A stretch of 63,522 nucleotides of DNA, the filler included, from Rhabdomonas costata (Eukaryota): the NCBI GenBank assembly GCA_019059605.1. It is 52 parts of 52 records of this genome, joined end to end, with 100 filler letters (N's around TTAATTAATTAA, not from the genome) between each part and the next. Parts side by side here need not be neighbours in the genome. Positions count along the whole stretch, not along the records: positions 48,950 to 50,073 come from JAHMHO010027422.1; positions 50,174 to 51,297 come from JAHMHO010027423.1; positions 51,398 to 52,521 come from JAHMHO010027424.1; positions 52,622 to 53,741 come from JAHMHO010027425.1; positions 53,842 to 54,965 come from JAHMHO010027426.1; positions 55,066 to 56,188 come from JAHMHO010027427.1; positions 56,289 to 57,406 come from JAHMHO010027428.1; positions 57,507 to 58,629 come from JAHMHO010027429.1; 44 more parts are not named here. One strand, written 5' to 3'. Every line of letters starts with the position of its first letter. Positions within the stretch are counted from its first letter, which is position 1. This document shows positions 49,314-62,398 of this stretch, one piece after another. A program made the position numbers and the translations under genes. Below the pieces are notes generated by a model that was not told where the DNA came from, did not search any database, and was given only the letters and a program-made list of their open reading frames with translations.

Positions 49314-51935
49314 GGCACACAGGAGAAAGCGGTGTCCAGAAAAGGTTGCCTTCGGTTGCGGTGAACGGGAACTGAGCTGTGTTTTCTTTTGTTTTGCTTA
49401 CGTTCGAACTTAGATGACGCTACCGCAGTAATCCTGTGTGGTTTCTGCGCTGGGGACCCGGTGGCCTGCGGATGAATTCCTCCCCTGCTGCACCATCACC
49501 CTGTGTCCACTTCTGTTTGGTTTGCTTTTTTTGTGTTGCCGTTTTGTTGCGGTTTCTGTGAGTTGCGCTGTGCATGGGCTGGACTCAGTGTACAATACAT
49601 GGGACTTTGTGTCGAACAGTTGTGGTGGTATGCCTTTTCGTGGAACCCAGTGCGAACCTCAGTTCCGGAAGAGCTTTCCAATGCCACTGTGTGTGTGTGT
49701 GTGTGTGTAGGGAGGGGTATCACTCCGAACGTTTTTTGATGCGGCACAAAGACTTTCCAGGAAAATGCGCTTTGGCGTCTTTTGCACTTGACTCATTGCC
49801 CCCTTCAAAATGGCGCTGCGAAACATTCGAACAGATTTCCTGCTTAGGCCTGCCAATAGCCTGAGCAGGGGGCTTTCTTTCGCCAGGTTTAACATGCTCA
49901 AGCGTTATCCCCGGGTGTTGGTACGGTTCCCAAACCGTTCCTTTCCCGTTTCTCTCTCCTGGAAAGCAGGTGCTTGCTGTTGTTTTCCTGCATCCATATA
50001 TATCGCGGTGTTTCCCCTGTTCCACAAAATCCTGATGGAAGACGCTGCGCGGGAGTTCGACAGACACACAACCNNNNNNNNNNNNNNNNNNNNNNNNNNN
50101 NNNNNNNNNNNNNNNNNTTAATTAATTAANNNNNNNNNNNNNNNNNNNNNNNNNNNNNNNNNNNNNNNNNNNNGTTTTTGGTGGGCACTGTGCCGGTTGT
50201 GCCCATTCTGTGGGGGCCGTTGTTCTCTGCCCTCCCGCAGCCACCGAGACGGATGGCTTCCCCTGAGCTTTGGGTCCAGGCACGAAAGCCAAGATTTGCG
50301 GTGCCTGGCGACGCACCATCTTCGCAACCACCTGCAACTGTTGCAGTGGATGCGGTGAGCTCAAATTGTTCCCAGCCCGAATGTGGTTCAAGGCCGACCG
50401 ACAACGGGGATCTCGAGTTTTCTGCAGGTTTGATCTTTGCTAGCTGTGCTTCTATGCACTGAGTGCAATCAATAGTGCATGGCTCGGCTCTATTCGAGTG
50501 AACTTCTAGTCAGGTGCTTGCATTTTGTTGGTCTTGATAGCATTGAAGAGGCAACACATACCTTTTTCTGCACAAAAAACGCACGACCATGGAGAACGTT
50601 TAGAACCACCGCAAACTCCCTAAGTTCTCAAATTGTCATCATGCAAACATAATTTTGATGGCTCCCTGCTGTTGCTGTTGGAGTCGCGATGGCAGCCGCG
50701 TGAAGAAAGTACGTTCTGGCTTTCTGTTGGCTATCGTTTTGTTGTCTTTGCTCGATTTATCAGCCAATGGACAGAAATCCAGTGCTGCCGATGCTGAAGC
50801 GCCAGTGGATCCCCAAAATTCTCATGCCATTGAAGCGGCTTCCTGGCCTCTCCCTGATGCTGGGCCTTGCAGGGACTTGCGTGCCGAAGCAGCACATTGA
50901 CTAGTCATGCAACCCAAATCGTGCGCTGCAGTCCTTTCTTGATAGCCTGCAGTGTTTCGATCACCTTGAGGCAACCACCATGATTTCACCCTTGTTAATG
51001 TGGAGGTTTGACTATCTGTTTTTTTACCTGGGAGCAAAAGCGGTGTATATATCAAAAAGTCACCACCAAGCGTGCGAAATTAGCGGTTTTCTGGGTTGTA
51101 ACGGACTTGGTTCGCTGGTGCGTGGCTGCGCTTCCTGGTGTTGGAATTGAACCCCTGATTCCGCCAGCCACGTTAGTGACGAGAGCGGTGCATCGGTGGA
51201 CCGGTGGACGTGTCGGGCAACGGATTCAGAAAACCCCTCCACGTGCCAGGTGCGGTGGTTGGGAAAAGCCCCCGCTGTTTAGAGAGCTGAGTGTCAANNN
51301 NNNNNNNNNNNNNNNNNNNNNNNNNNNNNNNNNNNNNNNNNTTAATTAATTAANNNNNNNNNNNNNNNNNNNNNNNNNNNNNNNNNNNNNNNNNNNNATT
51401 CCAATCGCAATGATTGGTTCCACAATAATTACCAAACCACACGCGCAAGTCTTCACACAAAGTTCATTTAGGTCAAGCAGGGAGGTAACGACTGCGGCAA
51501 TCCAAAGTACATATAAACACACACACACACGCATACACCAACCAGCGTATCTTTTTTTTTCGGGTGTAGACTTGCGTTTCTGTTCCCCCTGAGCTTTTCA
51601 CACTTGGTGAGCGCGAGCCATCGGACCTCGCTCCTTCTAAGTCCTCACTACACCTTCCTGGCTTTGCAGAGCTGGCTTCCCCCTTCGGACCTACGGCCGA
51701 TGGTTTAACATACACACACGATCATTCAGCCAGACGTCACGCAACGTGCAAAAATACCCGCACACGCACACTGCCATTCTTGCACGCGTGCTGAGGGGAG
51801 GGGGGGCATTTTCTCCGATAAGCATACCTCATTCACAACCTCCCTTTCTTAAAACTATAATTTTCAGGCAAGGAAGAGTGCAAATGCAAACAAAGGGCCA
51901 AAGCAACTGGTGTCTAGCGAGTAAACTGGAGGCAC

Positions 51936-52085
51936 CTTCTCCAGAAAGTGGGCCCCGTCGTGGTACTTCTTCAGCCCACACATCGCGGCGCCCTTGCGGA
52001 TGTAAGCCTTGAGCAGCATGTAGATGTTCCGGGTGGTGGTCTTCAGCAGCTCATCTCGGCTGGACTTGACCCTCTCCTTCTCCTC
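51936..52085 (-). CDS. TPR-containing protein exon
   Basis: EEKERVKSSRDELLKTTTRNIYMLLKAYIRKGAAMCGLKKYHDGAHFLEK; CAG acceptor and GT donor; 150 nt. Confidence 0.6.
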
Positions 52086-53850
52086 CTGTGCAGGTCACAC
52101 GTGCTCCCAATCGAGCGCATCACAGGTTCGGCCCTTGTGCTACGAACTAAGTGGTTCATTTGAAACTGGTTTGCTTCTCTCTTTATCTTTTGGCTCAGCC
52201 CGAGCTGGTAGGGTAGCAATTCATCCGAGACCTGTGCTGTCAAAAGAGAGCAATGGTGCGCCTGTTCAGGGCCGAGTGCGGAAACCCAACAACAGCGGAG
52301 TTCTTGAACGTCAACTCACCAATCGCCGAGGATGCGGGTGGGCTGAAGGGAGGCAACACCGCCAGGTGAATGGCTAATCGCACTGAACAAACTGCACGCT
52401 GATTTGCTTTCCCGGTCCGTCGCCATTCTTTGGGCGAAGCCATCAAAGGAGGAAACAGAACTCCAAAAACCAACGGCCTTCGACCCCCCCCCCGTCACCT
52501 TATCTGCAGAGCCCACACAACNNNNNNNNNNNNNNNNNNNNNNNNNNNNNNNNNNNNNNNNNNNNTTAATTAATTAANNNNNNNNNNNNNNNNNNNNNNN
52601 NNNNNNNNNNNNNNNNNNNNNCTCAAAGGCCACCCTTGCTTTACAAGCTCAACAAGGTATAAAAATGCCGCGGCTTTAGGCGGACTTGGCGGAAAATCTG
52701 AGGAAAGCGATAGGGGCCGAGCCCTGTCCACTGCTGTCCCCTTCTTCCCCTCAATTTTGAAGGGAAGAACTCTACCAACCATCGGCTGAACGAAAGACAG
52801 GTTGTGTCCTGACTCCCCTGATGGCCGATCAGGAACTTGACAAGGAACAGGAAAACCCCGAAGCAAAGCTGCTCATCCCAATCGGAAAGTAGTAAACCCG
52901 CTTGGCGAAAGAGCAAGGCCAGGAGATCACCTTGGAGCACCCCAAGGATGGACTCGATTTATTTGAGGTGGGAAGGTAGCCCCTCCGCACACATAAATCG
53001 GACACTTTCACAACGTCGCCAATGTATCTAGCGGAAACTGCGCCACAGAAATCCTGAAAACGTTTTGCCCGGCCCCCAGCTCCCAAGAAGCCAAGGCCGC
53101 GCGGCCACGCACTGTCACAACCGGGCGCGCAGAAAGAGTCAGAAAAAGCAAAGCGTAGAGCACAGCGCACTTTAGGAAGTCAAAGACCTCAAAGGACGCC
53201 CGACAATCGACTGCGAAGTTTTGCGCTTAGGGCAACACTGGCCACGTACTCCTCCAGACCTCGAACAGCTTCCGTTTGCGCGCACAACTGGGTGACGCAA
53301 AAATCCAGGCAAAGCACCGCGGTTCGGCACTTCTTAATGTGACCGCATTTTCTCGGAAACGGAGCCATCCTCGGCGCCCGCTGCTTTTGAGAAGGGGTCG
53401 GAAGGTTCCATTCCAAGCCGCACTTCCCACCCTGTATGCTCGCAAAGCCTACGCGTCCCTTTTTGCTAACCCATTCCTTTCTTCCAAACCGAAAGTGTCG
53501 CCGCCACCAGGTCCTCTCCGAAGTACTTTTTGGACAACTTTTGTATTGACCGCGTCGCCTCAAAAAGTCACAATCGAAAAAAATGCAGGTGGTTTTGCTT
53601 CTTTTCGCCCGTTCTTTGTGTTTACCCTTACCTCTTAGTTTTGAGTTGACGCGGATTGTGTAATTTGTGTGCAATTTTTTTCTGCGGTTAAAGGGCTCTA
53701 CTCAAGTCTACTCGATCTTCTTTTCCCCTCTTGAAATATTTNNNNNNNNNNNNNNNNNNNNNNNNNNNNNNNNNNNNNNNNNNNNTTAATTAATTAANNN
53801 NNNNNNNNNNNNNNNNNNNNNNNNNNNNNNNNNNNNNNNNNTGTTTGTTG

Positions 53851-54033
53851 TGCGCTGGTTGAGGTGCTTTCCGCCCTTTTGACAGCCGGTCGCAACCTCA
53901 GCGCCCACAGAGAGCACCAGATCCAGGGAGCCCCGTGGTCGTGGGGAGGGGCTGCCCTGGCGAGGCGCGCTGGCAGAGCCGCTACTGGCTGCGACCGGCT
54001 GTCAAAAGGGCGGAAAGCACCTCAACCAGCGCA
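53851..54033. repeat. Contig-terminal inverted repeat (44-bp arms 53851-53894 / 53990-54033), probable chimera
   Basis: Perfect reverse-complement arms; the first arm begins immediately after the G/T-only contig start. Confidence 0.8.
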
Positions 54034-56288
54034 TATCAAACCCAGTATTGCACGTGCTACCACCCGCACACACGCACACCTCCACCGAAGGCTCGGGCCT
54101 TCCGGGGGAGGGGGAAAGCGTCGCCGATAGGAATACCTCTGAAGAGGCCGGAGGCTGCACCACGGTCCCGCCCCCTTGGGGCAGCAGCCCGGGGGCGGCG
54201 CTGGGTGCGGGATCGGAGAGGGGAGAGGGAACCTCCTCAATCACTGGCACAGGGAGGTCCAGCTCCCTCAGCACAACCTTGGAAAAGGGGGCATCACCGA
54301 AAGACAGTTTTCAACTTTCCTTTTTGGACTGAAGGGTGCCGCTGTTGAACCCTCTGCTGCGTGGGGCAACACAGGGTACGAAAGAGCCCCCAAGCGGCAC
54401 CAAAACCAGCTGAGGTGCGTGAAAGGTCAGGAAAATTCAATCCCCGCAACTCGCAAAGTTTCGGGAGGCCTGCTGAACATAAAACAGACCCCAGGTCAAC
54501 TTCGGATTTGTCCTCGAAAAGCGAGTTAAGATAAATCCTTTTTGAACATAAAACGGACCCCAACCCGGGTACCATATGATAGATTTGCGGGGGGTCACTC
54601 ACCCGCGCACTGCGGGGTCTACCTTACCTTTCTAAACCCTTAAGCTAACACAAAGCAAGGGCCCAACGAAGATATGTGCGTGGAGGGGGAACAAGGACTA
54701 GCGCCAGGCAAGAACAAACTGGAGCCGCTGTACAGAAATGCCATAACTGCCCCTCTCCAGCATAGGCTGATGAGCGCAGGTGATATTGTCACAGACGATA
54801 TTCAGGCAGGAATGCATATTCACGGTTAAGCACGCTCAGGATACACAACTGATAGTAAAGCAACTCAGCCCCGACCGCAAGGACTCCACCCAGTCTTTTT
54901 CCCTGTTTGCGGGGACATTAATTTATTAGGGAACATAAGGCAATCTTGAGATAACGAACCCCAAANNNNNNNNNNNNNNNNNNNNNNNNNNNNNNNNNNN
55001 NNNNNNNNNTTAATTAATTAANNNNNNNNNNNNNNNNNNNNNNNNNNNNNNNNNNNNNNNNNNNNGTTGTTGTGTTCTCGCCTTATGAATGTGCGTTTTT
55101 TTTTTACAATTTCACCGCCTGGCTGCGTTGCCAACAACCTGACGCTGACTGCTCGGTGCCAAAATTATCGCACCCACACGAGGGAAGACGCAGTCGGTTT
55201 GCTCTCGTGATGTCGTGTAGGAGGCATCTTCACTTCAAATGTGCGAAAAACAGGCAAGAGCGGTAGTGTTGCAAGGCATCCACAGGGGGCGTCCTCCTCC
55301 TCCTGTATTTTTTGCCACAGGCGGGCCTTCTCTGCGCCTTCCTTCATTGGTGGACGGACTGTTTGTGGGAAATTGCCTGCAAGTACTGTTTTCAAGTGAA
55401 GCAACGGCTTTGCATCAACCAACCTTCCTCAGAAATAGGGTGGGTCAAGGATCGAGTAGAGTGGAAAATGTAAAACGTATTGCAGTCTAGGCAGGGAACT
55501 TCTTGGAAGGGAACTTTGAGGTAATGACACCAGGATTCATCTCCGCAACTATTTCTTTTGCATCTTGAATGCCCATGTGAAGAAACGAAAAATTCAATTG
55601 GCAACACATTAGGCATCGGACGTTTAGCCTGTTTGTGTTTTGGTGATTATGGAAGGTTTTTTTATCTATTATTCGGTTTGGAATTGAATTTTTCGGTCTG
55701 CAATTGAATATACGTTGCCAGTGGCTGTCCCTGTCCCCAGTCAATGGGTTATCAACCCTGAGTGTTCAGGTATGTATTTGGGCCCAGAGTGACGAGCCCG
55801 CTCTGTCGGCACTCGCCACGTCAGCACCCTGACCCCAACACCGGAGCCCGCCCCACTATCCCCGGTATTTTTTTTCGGGGACACCACCAGAGCAGCACCC
55901 AGGACAGCACCTATCTGGTGGTTTTCATGAGCGACTTTGGCGGCCAGGACGCGGAAGAAAGCGTGTCCTGCACGGGCGAACCTTCGCTGACAACCAAACA
56001 ACCGCCCTTCGAGGCGTATACCCTCCAACAGTGCGGAGACTACCCCCAAGAAAGGCGCGCCCTGCCCCGCTCGAAGAACCTGGGCGCGTACTGTGCGGGC
56101 TCGGGACCGTGAGAGATCTAAGGCGGTTCACAACCGCCAGACTACCCAGCATATCCACCCCTGGGGCGTGTACTCCGACCACACCACANNNNNNNNNNNN
56201 NNNNNNNNNNNNNNNNNNNNNNNNNNNNNNNNTTAATTAATTAANNNNNNNNNNNNNNNNNNNNNNNNNNNNNNNNNNNNNNNNNNNN

Positions 56289-57350
56289 TGCCAGCTCCGT
56301 GGTGACCTTCGGGAACTTCGGTAGCGACACCATGAAGGTGTGCGTGAATGCTGTTTGGGAAGACATGTTTTTGCCGGAGGGGAAAGAGAAGGGAAAATTC
56401 TGGTGGGGGGGTGTTAAATGTACAAAGTCGCGAAGGTTAGTCAGTCGTTCAGTGCAACAAAACCCATTTACAGTGATGTATCGCATCAGTGTGCGTTATC
56501 GAATTTTTTCCTGTTTTCTTGGTGCTTTCTGCCCCATTCGAATTTTTGCTTGAAGAAAATGTGGTACCCCTTGCATTCCAGATTATTAAAGGCAGGTCCG
56601 ACCATCGTTAGCAGACCTTCTGATGGTGGCGTGTTTCAGCGGGAAGTTGATCCAACATCGCTGAGGGGAAGAGAAGGCTGCTTTTGATTTGCAAGGAGCG
56701 TTAAACGTTTCATAATCGGGAAACAATGACACAGCTAAATGGTCGAGAAACTCTCCATTGGCCTCTGTCAGGTTTTTAGCGTCGTGGGGGATGCTTTGGA
56801 ACATGCTGTGGCTCTGCGCGCGGGCTGCCGGGCACACGACCTGCCCCTCCTGGTCACCGATACCGTGGCGAAGCAGGTGGCAGCTCTTCTTGGAAACCTT
56901 TGCTTTCACCTGCGTTGTTCTTGAAGAGGGTGCCCTACCATGTCCTCCAAAGCTGCTCTGGGGTCAGGGGTTCCATGGCTGACTCTGCCTTCAGAATTCT
57001 TGCATCCCCTTTTATTCTCCATGGGATCCTAGGAATCGCAGCGGCAATTATATTCTCTGAATTCGTATATCACCTCTCCCAGGGTTTCAAGCAAGTTTTC
57101 CGCGGTGTTGGAAGGTCATACATCGTACCTTGTACCTTGGATTCGGTCCAGAGTCTGCTGCAGACATGACTGCAGACTATGCACCAAATCTCTCAAATCG
57201 ATCCTCTGCCCGATCGCAGGTGGAGTGTCATATGCGATGCCTGCCCTGCACCGTGGTGCGCCTGTCGTACTGCACTCCGGCGAAGGTGGTGCCGTGCCTG
57301 CAGCCCCTTGAAGAGGCCTCCGCAGGAATCTCCGAGAACCAGGACCTCGA
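56289..57350 (+). CDS. Divergent class III nucleotide cyclase-like domain, C-terminal half; exons 56289-56337, 56772-56876, 57220-~57350
   Basis: VTFGNFGSDTMK|VFSVVGDALEHAVAL...C....LLVTDTV. Confidence 0.6.
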
Positions 57351-58909
57351 GTATGGGACCCCCGCCGCGGCTCCGCTTCTTTACCTCTCTCTTTCAACCC
57401 AAAAAANNNNNNNNNNNNNNNNNNNNNNNNNNNNNNNNNNNNNNNNNNNNTTAATTAATTAANNNNNNNNNNNNNNNNNNNNNNNNNNNNNNNNNNNNNN
57501 NNNNNNTTGTTTTTTTCCGCCGTCAAAATCCTTGAGGGCGAGGACGTCCACAACAAAACAAGTCTGTGGTAGCTAACACTGGACGAGTCAGATGAACGCT
57601 CCCATGAAATGGAGAAACCACGCACACACCGGTTTTTATGGTTTTTTTTGCTCTCGTCGCAGTCATGGATGCTAGCGGTTGGTGCTTTGGGGCGGGGGCT
57701 TGCAGGTGGGCGACTGCAAACTGAGTACCCCTTCGCCCCTTCTTTCATCGCTCTCTCTCTCATCGAGATCACGAGATTCACAGAGCGTTGATTTGTGGTG
57801 TGTGCAGCTTTCTTCGGATAGGGCTTCGCAGGTGCCGTCTGGGTGTGGGCTGGACGTGCATTTTGGAAACAACGTACTAAACTGATAAGTCGCAAAGCCG
57901 TACATCCCGTGGGATGCAAGTCGACCTGGAACTCTCCTCCGACAGTTGTATCGTCTTTTTGCCTGTATCTCAACCAAACCAACTCGCGAGACCCAGACTC
58001 TTTGCCTACAGAGGATCCAAACCTACCACACACACGCGCGTTGGCTTCAGGAGTCGATTTTCACAGTCGATTTTGAAGCACACACACATACACACACCAC
58101 ACATTGCGATATAAACCCTCACTAACCAAATACTATTTCCCCAGAGAAGATTGATTACAAATTCCAACTGCCCCAACTGTGACCAACCCCTTTGGGACAA
58201 ATCAAGCCCAAACCGCATATTGACGTGAAGACCAACCGAAGAACGACCCCCCTCCGCTCCCGAGGTCTTGGGCGTGCGGCGTGAATCAGACAGAGCAAGT
58301 TTAGGACGGACAGCGGGTTTGCCATTTTGAAGGACGGCCCCGCGAGGTAACACCGGGTTTTCGGAGCGACAAACCTGAACCCTCACATCCATCCCCGTCT
58401 TTCGAATGGGTAACCGGATTTTTACATTGGCACAGCCAAAAGGTTCAATATTTACGGTTATTATTTCGCGTGGCCCCCGTTGAAGCCCGCCGCGGCCGCA
58501 GGAGTGCCCCTTTCGAAGACCGCCGCAAACATAACGGACGACAAAAAAGAATGGGGCGCAGGCCCTTCACGTCCTGGCGCGGAACCTTTTTCACACTATC
58601 TGTCTGGGGACCGACACCAACAACCCCCCNNNNNNNNNNNNNNNNNNNNNNNNNNNNNNNNNNNNNNNNNNNNTTAATTAATTAANNNNNNNNNNNNNNN
58701 NNNNNNNNNNNNNNNNNNNNNNNNNNNNNTGTTGTTGGTCAAAACTCACGGGAAGCATCAATATACAAGAGCACTGAGAAAAAACACCACATGGAGAAGG
58801 GGTACAGGGAGGGAAACCGGTGAGGAGTGAGGGTGACCTAGACACAGTTGCGGGGTACACCGGTGAGAGCCCTTTGCAAATACAATTGCCCGCACACAGA
58901 TGCACGCAC

Positions 58910-59232
58910 CTGCAGGGCGTGCGACGCGACAGCCGTGGCCGCGTTCCAGGACAGGACGAGGCGATCCCCTTGCAGCGCGGTCTGCTTCCCTTTGGTGTTC
59001 CGGCACACTTCCTCCACAAAGCTGACATACCGCGCGAAGAGCGCCAGGGCCTCCGCCTCGCGAAGATCCACGAACAGCTCGGAAACCCCTGGATCTCCGC
59101 CACGAGCACGGACACGGTCTTTCTGCGTGGACACGCCCCCCCCCCCCCCCCATGGCCTTTGGTTCGTTTGCGACAAGGAAGGAGCTCTGTGAAGCGACTC
59201 AGAGTTCGAGGCACTGGTGAAGACCTGAACCG
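58910..59232 (-). CDS. Class III nucleotide cyclase-like domain, N-terminal half (1-nt loss near 59084)
   Basis: KTVSVLVAEIQGF / SELF..YVSFVEEV..KG..LQGDRLVLSWNA..HALQ; CAG acceptor and GT donor. Confidence 0.65.
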
Positions 59233-59952
59233 CTGAGGTGGGGGAGTGAAAGCCATTGCTGCGAACAACACGACAGCCAAGAGCAACAACACAGGCAACG
59301 GTTACAATTCCCGCATCCCCATTTCCATCCACAACGAAAATCTGAAGCAGTCAACAACCCATAACACCACTGCAAGTGGTGTTATGGGTGGCAGATTGCC
59401 TGATTTCAGCCGAAAGAGCGAAGAATACGGCAGACGTGGAAAATATTTAGTGCTGAAAATTAGTGTTGAAAAATGAAATTAGTTTTAGAAAATTGGCATT
59501 GCCTGCATTGCAGCAGGGAGGATATAATCACCATAGTGCGGTGACAGACCTCATCACCCACATGTCCAGCATGGTCTTCACCTTGTAAACCATCTGGATC
59601 ATTTTGGATCGCACCCGGGACCGGCCCTCGGAGGAGGTGGTTGTTCGGCTCACCTCGGATGACGCAGCAGGTATCCCATTGCATGGCAGGGACTTACGCG
59701 GCCCGCATTCGGCGGCCTGAATGGGAACGCAGTGAGGGAGCTGCTGCGGTAAACCCGAAGTCGCAACAAGGGACCATCAATCATACAAGCAAGGGTTATA
59801 TAACAAAATCAGTCTTGACACACCGGCGTGCAGGAGGTGGTCCGACGGTGTGNNNNNNNNNNNNNNNNNNNNNNNNNNNNNNNNNNNNNNNNNNNNTTAA
59901 TTAATTAANNNNNNNNNNNNNNNNNNNNNNNNNNNNNNNNNNNNNNNNNNNN

Positions 59953-60960
59953 GGGTGGGTTAGGTGTAGCAGTTGGTGTTGTTGGTGCATAGGGTTCGTG
60001 TGTCGGAGTCAACCATGCTCTCTGTGTCTGCCAACCTTGCTTTCTCTCAACCATGCTCTCTGTTCCTGTCTGTGTTGGTGTCACTGTTGCTGTAGGGTGT
60101 CTGGTGCTGGCTGTTGCGTTGGGTGGTTGGCTGGTGTTGGTGTCGCTGCTTCTGTCGTGCTTCCTGTTGGTGCTGCCGTCCGTTACCGTAACCATGCTCT
60201 CTCTTAACCTTGCCGTATCCGTATCCGTAGCTTTACCTCTTACTCGTACTCTTACTGTATACGTGTGTGTTATGTTACTGGTTGTTGGTGCGTTGGTGTT
60301 CATGGTGTCAGTGCGTTGCTTGTTGTCATGCTCTCATGGTTTAAGGTGTCAGGCTGTCAGGGTGTCAGGATCTCATGGTCGGAGGGTGTTGGTGTTCACG
60401 ATTCCGTTGCCAGGGCTTGTGCTGTTGGTGTTTCTGTACGTCCGTCTCAACCATGCTCTCTTGCCTCTGTGTGTGTTACTTCTGCCTCCTTCGTGCTTGT
60501 TGTGTGTCATGGGTCTGTTGTTAGCGCTGTCTCCATGGCTTCACGTGTTCCGATTTCATGCTCTGTCTCCACGGCTACCTCTGTCTCGATTCCTACAACC
60601 ATGCTCCCTGTTGCTAGTGCTGTGTGAGTGCTTCCGATGTTGCCTGCTGTTCATGCCCTTTTGTTAGTGCTTCGTGTCTGTGCCGATTCCATGCTCTGTC
60701 TCCCGGTGTCGAGTTGCTGCCTCTGTACTGTGTCGTGTTGCTGCCTTCTGTGTCCTACGCTGTGTCATGGCTTCGTGATGTCCCAACTGTGTGTGTTTTA
60801 CGCCCTTGTGTCATGGCTCTGTGTGTTCCCGATGCCTTCCTGTCTCAACGCCTCCTGTCTTCGTGTCAAGTGCTGTATCATGGCTGTCGATGTGTGCATT
60901 TCCAGACGTATGTGTAAGGGCTTCGTTTTTTTTCCAGGTGTGTGTGGTTAGAGGGAGTGT
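59953..60960 (+). repeat. Strongly G/T-skewed low-complexity contig with dispersed (AA)CCATGCTCT / TCATGGCT motifs
   Basis: AACCATGCTC at about 60011, 60049, 60190, 60449 and 60597; related CATG-cored variants at about 60326, 60532, 60556, 60651, 60689, 60765, 60811 and 60878. Confidence 0.6.
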
Positions 60961-62398
60961 GGAGGGGTTCTGTAATGCATGAAGGGTGTGTAAAGGGCTG
61001 TTCATGCTTTTTTGAGAATTGATAATGGCCACCGCCATGACAAGTCCCAATTGCTCTCAAATGTACCCAAAACCCNNNNNNNNNNNNNNNNNNNNNNNNN
61101 NNNNNNNNNNNNNNNNNNNTTAATTAATTAANNNNNNNNNNNNNNNNNNNNNNNNNNNNNNNNNNNNNNNNNNNNAACTGGAGAGATGCAAATGTCGTGT
61201 GATGTTTGCGGTGGAGGATGAAGAGTATGCCGCTGTTTATGACGGAAGATGAAGTACAAAAATAGTTAAGTGACAATTGTGTGGTGTAAGAAACCCAAGA
61301 CAGGAGTCACTGTGGTTTCACCGGAGAAAAGAGCGGAGGGCATGTTTATCGTGTAACTATCATATCATAGTGTGCCAGAAGGATATAAGCAAAGATGGTG
61401 GAGCACTTGCGCGAGGCCCTGGAGAGAAACCGTTGGCTTTCACTTGGATTACGTAGGTTTTACAAGAAAGGAAATTCACATAGGTGTGTCGAGGGAAGGG
61501 TTTGGAAGTATGGCGCATTTCATAAAATAAACAAAAGGTGTGGTGTCAGCAATGGAAGGCAAATGATGCAAGCATGGAGGGCGCGGATTAAAGGGCGTAT
61601 TTTAACAAGAGGCGATGAGATCAAAAGATGTGTGTATTTTTGTGGTTGTCTCTACACGAAACCATGACCCTGGAACCAGGTAGTGCTGGAGCCCAGCCGA
61701 AAGAGGTCCACTCCATGTTCACCCCCGGCATGCCCGTTGAGATTAAGGTTCACAAATCAGCGAAAAGCTCCACATAAGCTGCCAGTTTTCCGGAGACTGG
61801 CCACTTCTCGACACCAGTGGTCCCACCAGGCACCAACCTGCCTTCGATGGACGAAGTTATATCAGACTCCTGGAAATCTATCACGTACATCACCAATGGA
61901 CACCCGCAGCAATGCGCAACCATTTTTCTGGATTGCATGCGTGAGTTTGTCATCAGTCCAGACGCACCCAACCTATACCTCACTTCGAAGCTTTTTGCTC
62001 GCCGCCCCAGTCCGCGGAGTGCATGCAAAGACATGCGCACTGTACCGCCTCCTCCGCAAGCTGTTTCTTTGATGGCATGCAGGTATCATCATAGGACTGT
62101 TGGAAGACATCGTGATGGTATGGGGGAATAAAGGCAACTGGCCCCGGGACGAAGTCACCCATGAATCCGCCACTTTCATGAAGGCAGCGCAATTGGTGGA
62201 CCAAGGCCGACGGGTAGTGGAACAGAATGCTTTGCTCCCGATGGACCTTCGACGTCCGCTGGAATCTGGACATGATCCAGGCCATCTCCCCAAAAACCNN
62301 NNNNNNNNNNNNNNNNNNNNNNNNNNNNNNNNNNNNNNNNNNTTAATTAATTAANNNNNNNNNNNNNNNNNNNNNNNNNNNNNNNNNNNNNNNNNNNN

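Noticed and set aside
60053-60667. 204-aa hydrophobic ORF as a membrane or mitochondrial protein
   Set aside because: The V/L/C richness and lack of stops follow from the A-poor strand. Several frames are open and no family motif is visible.
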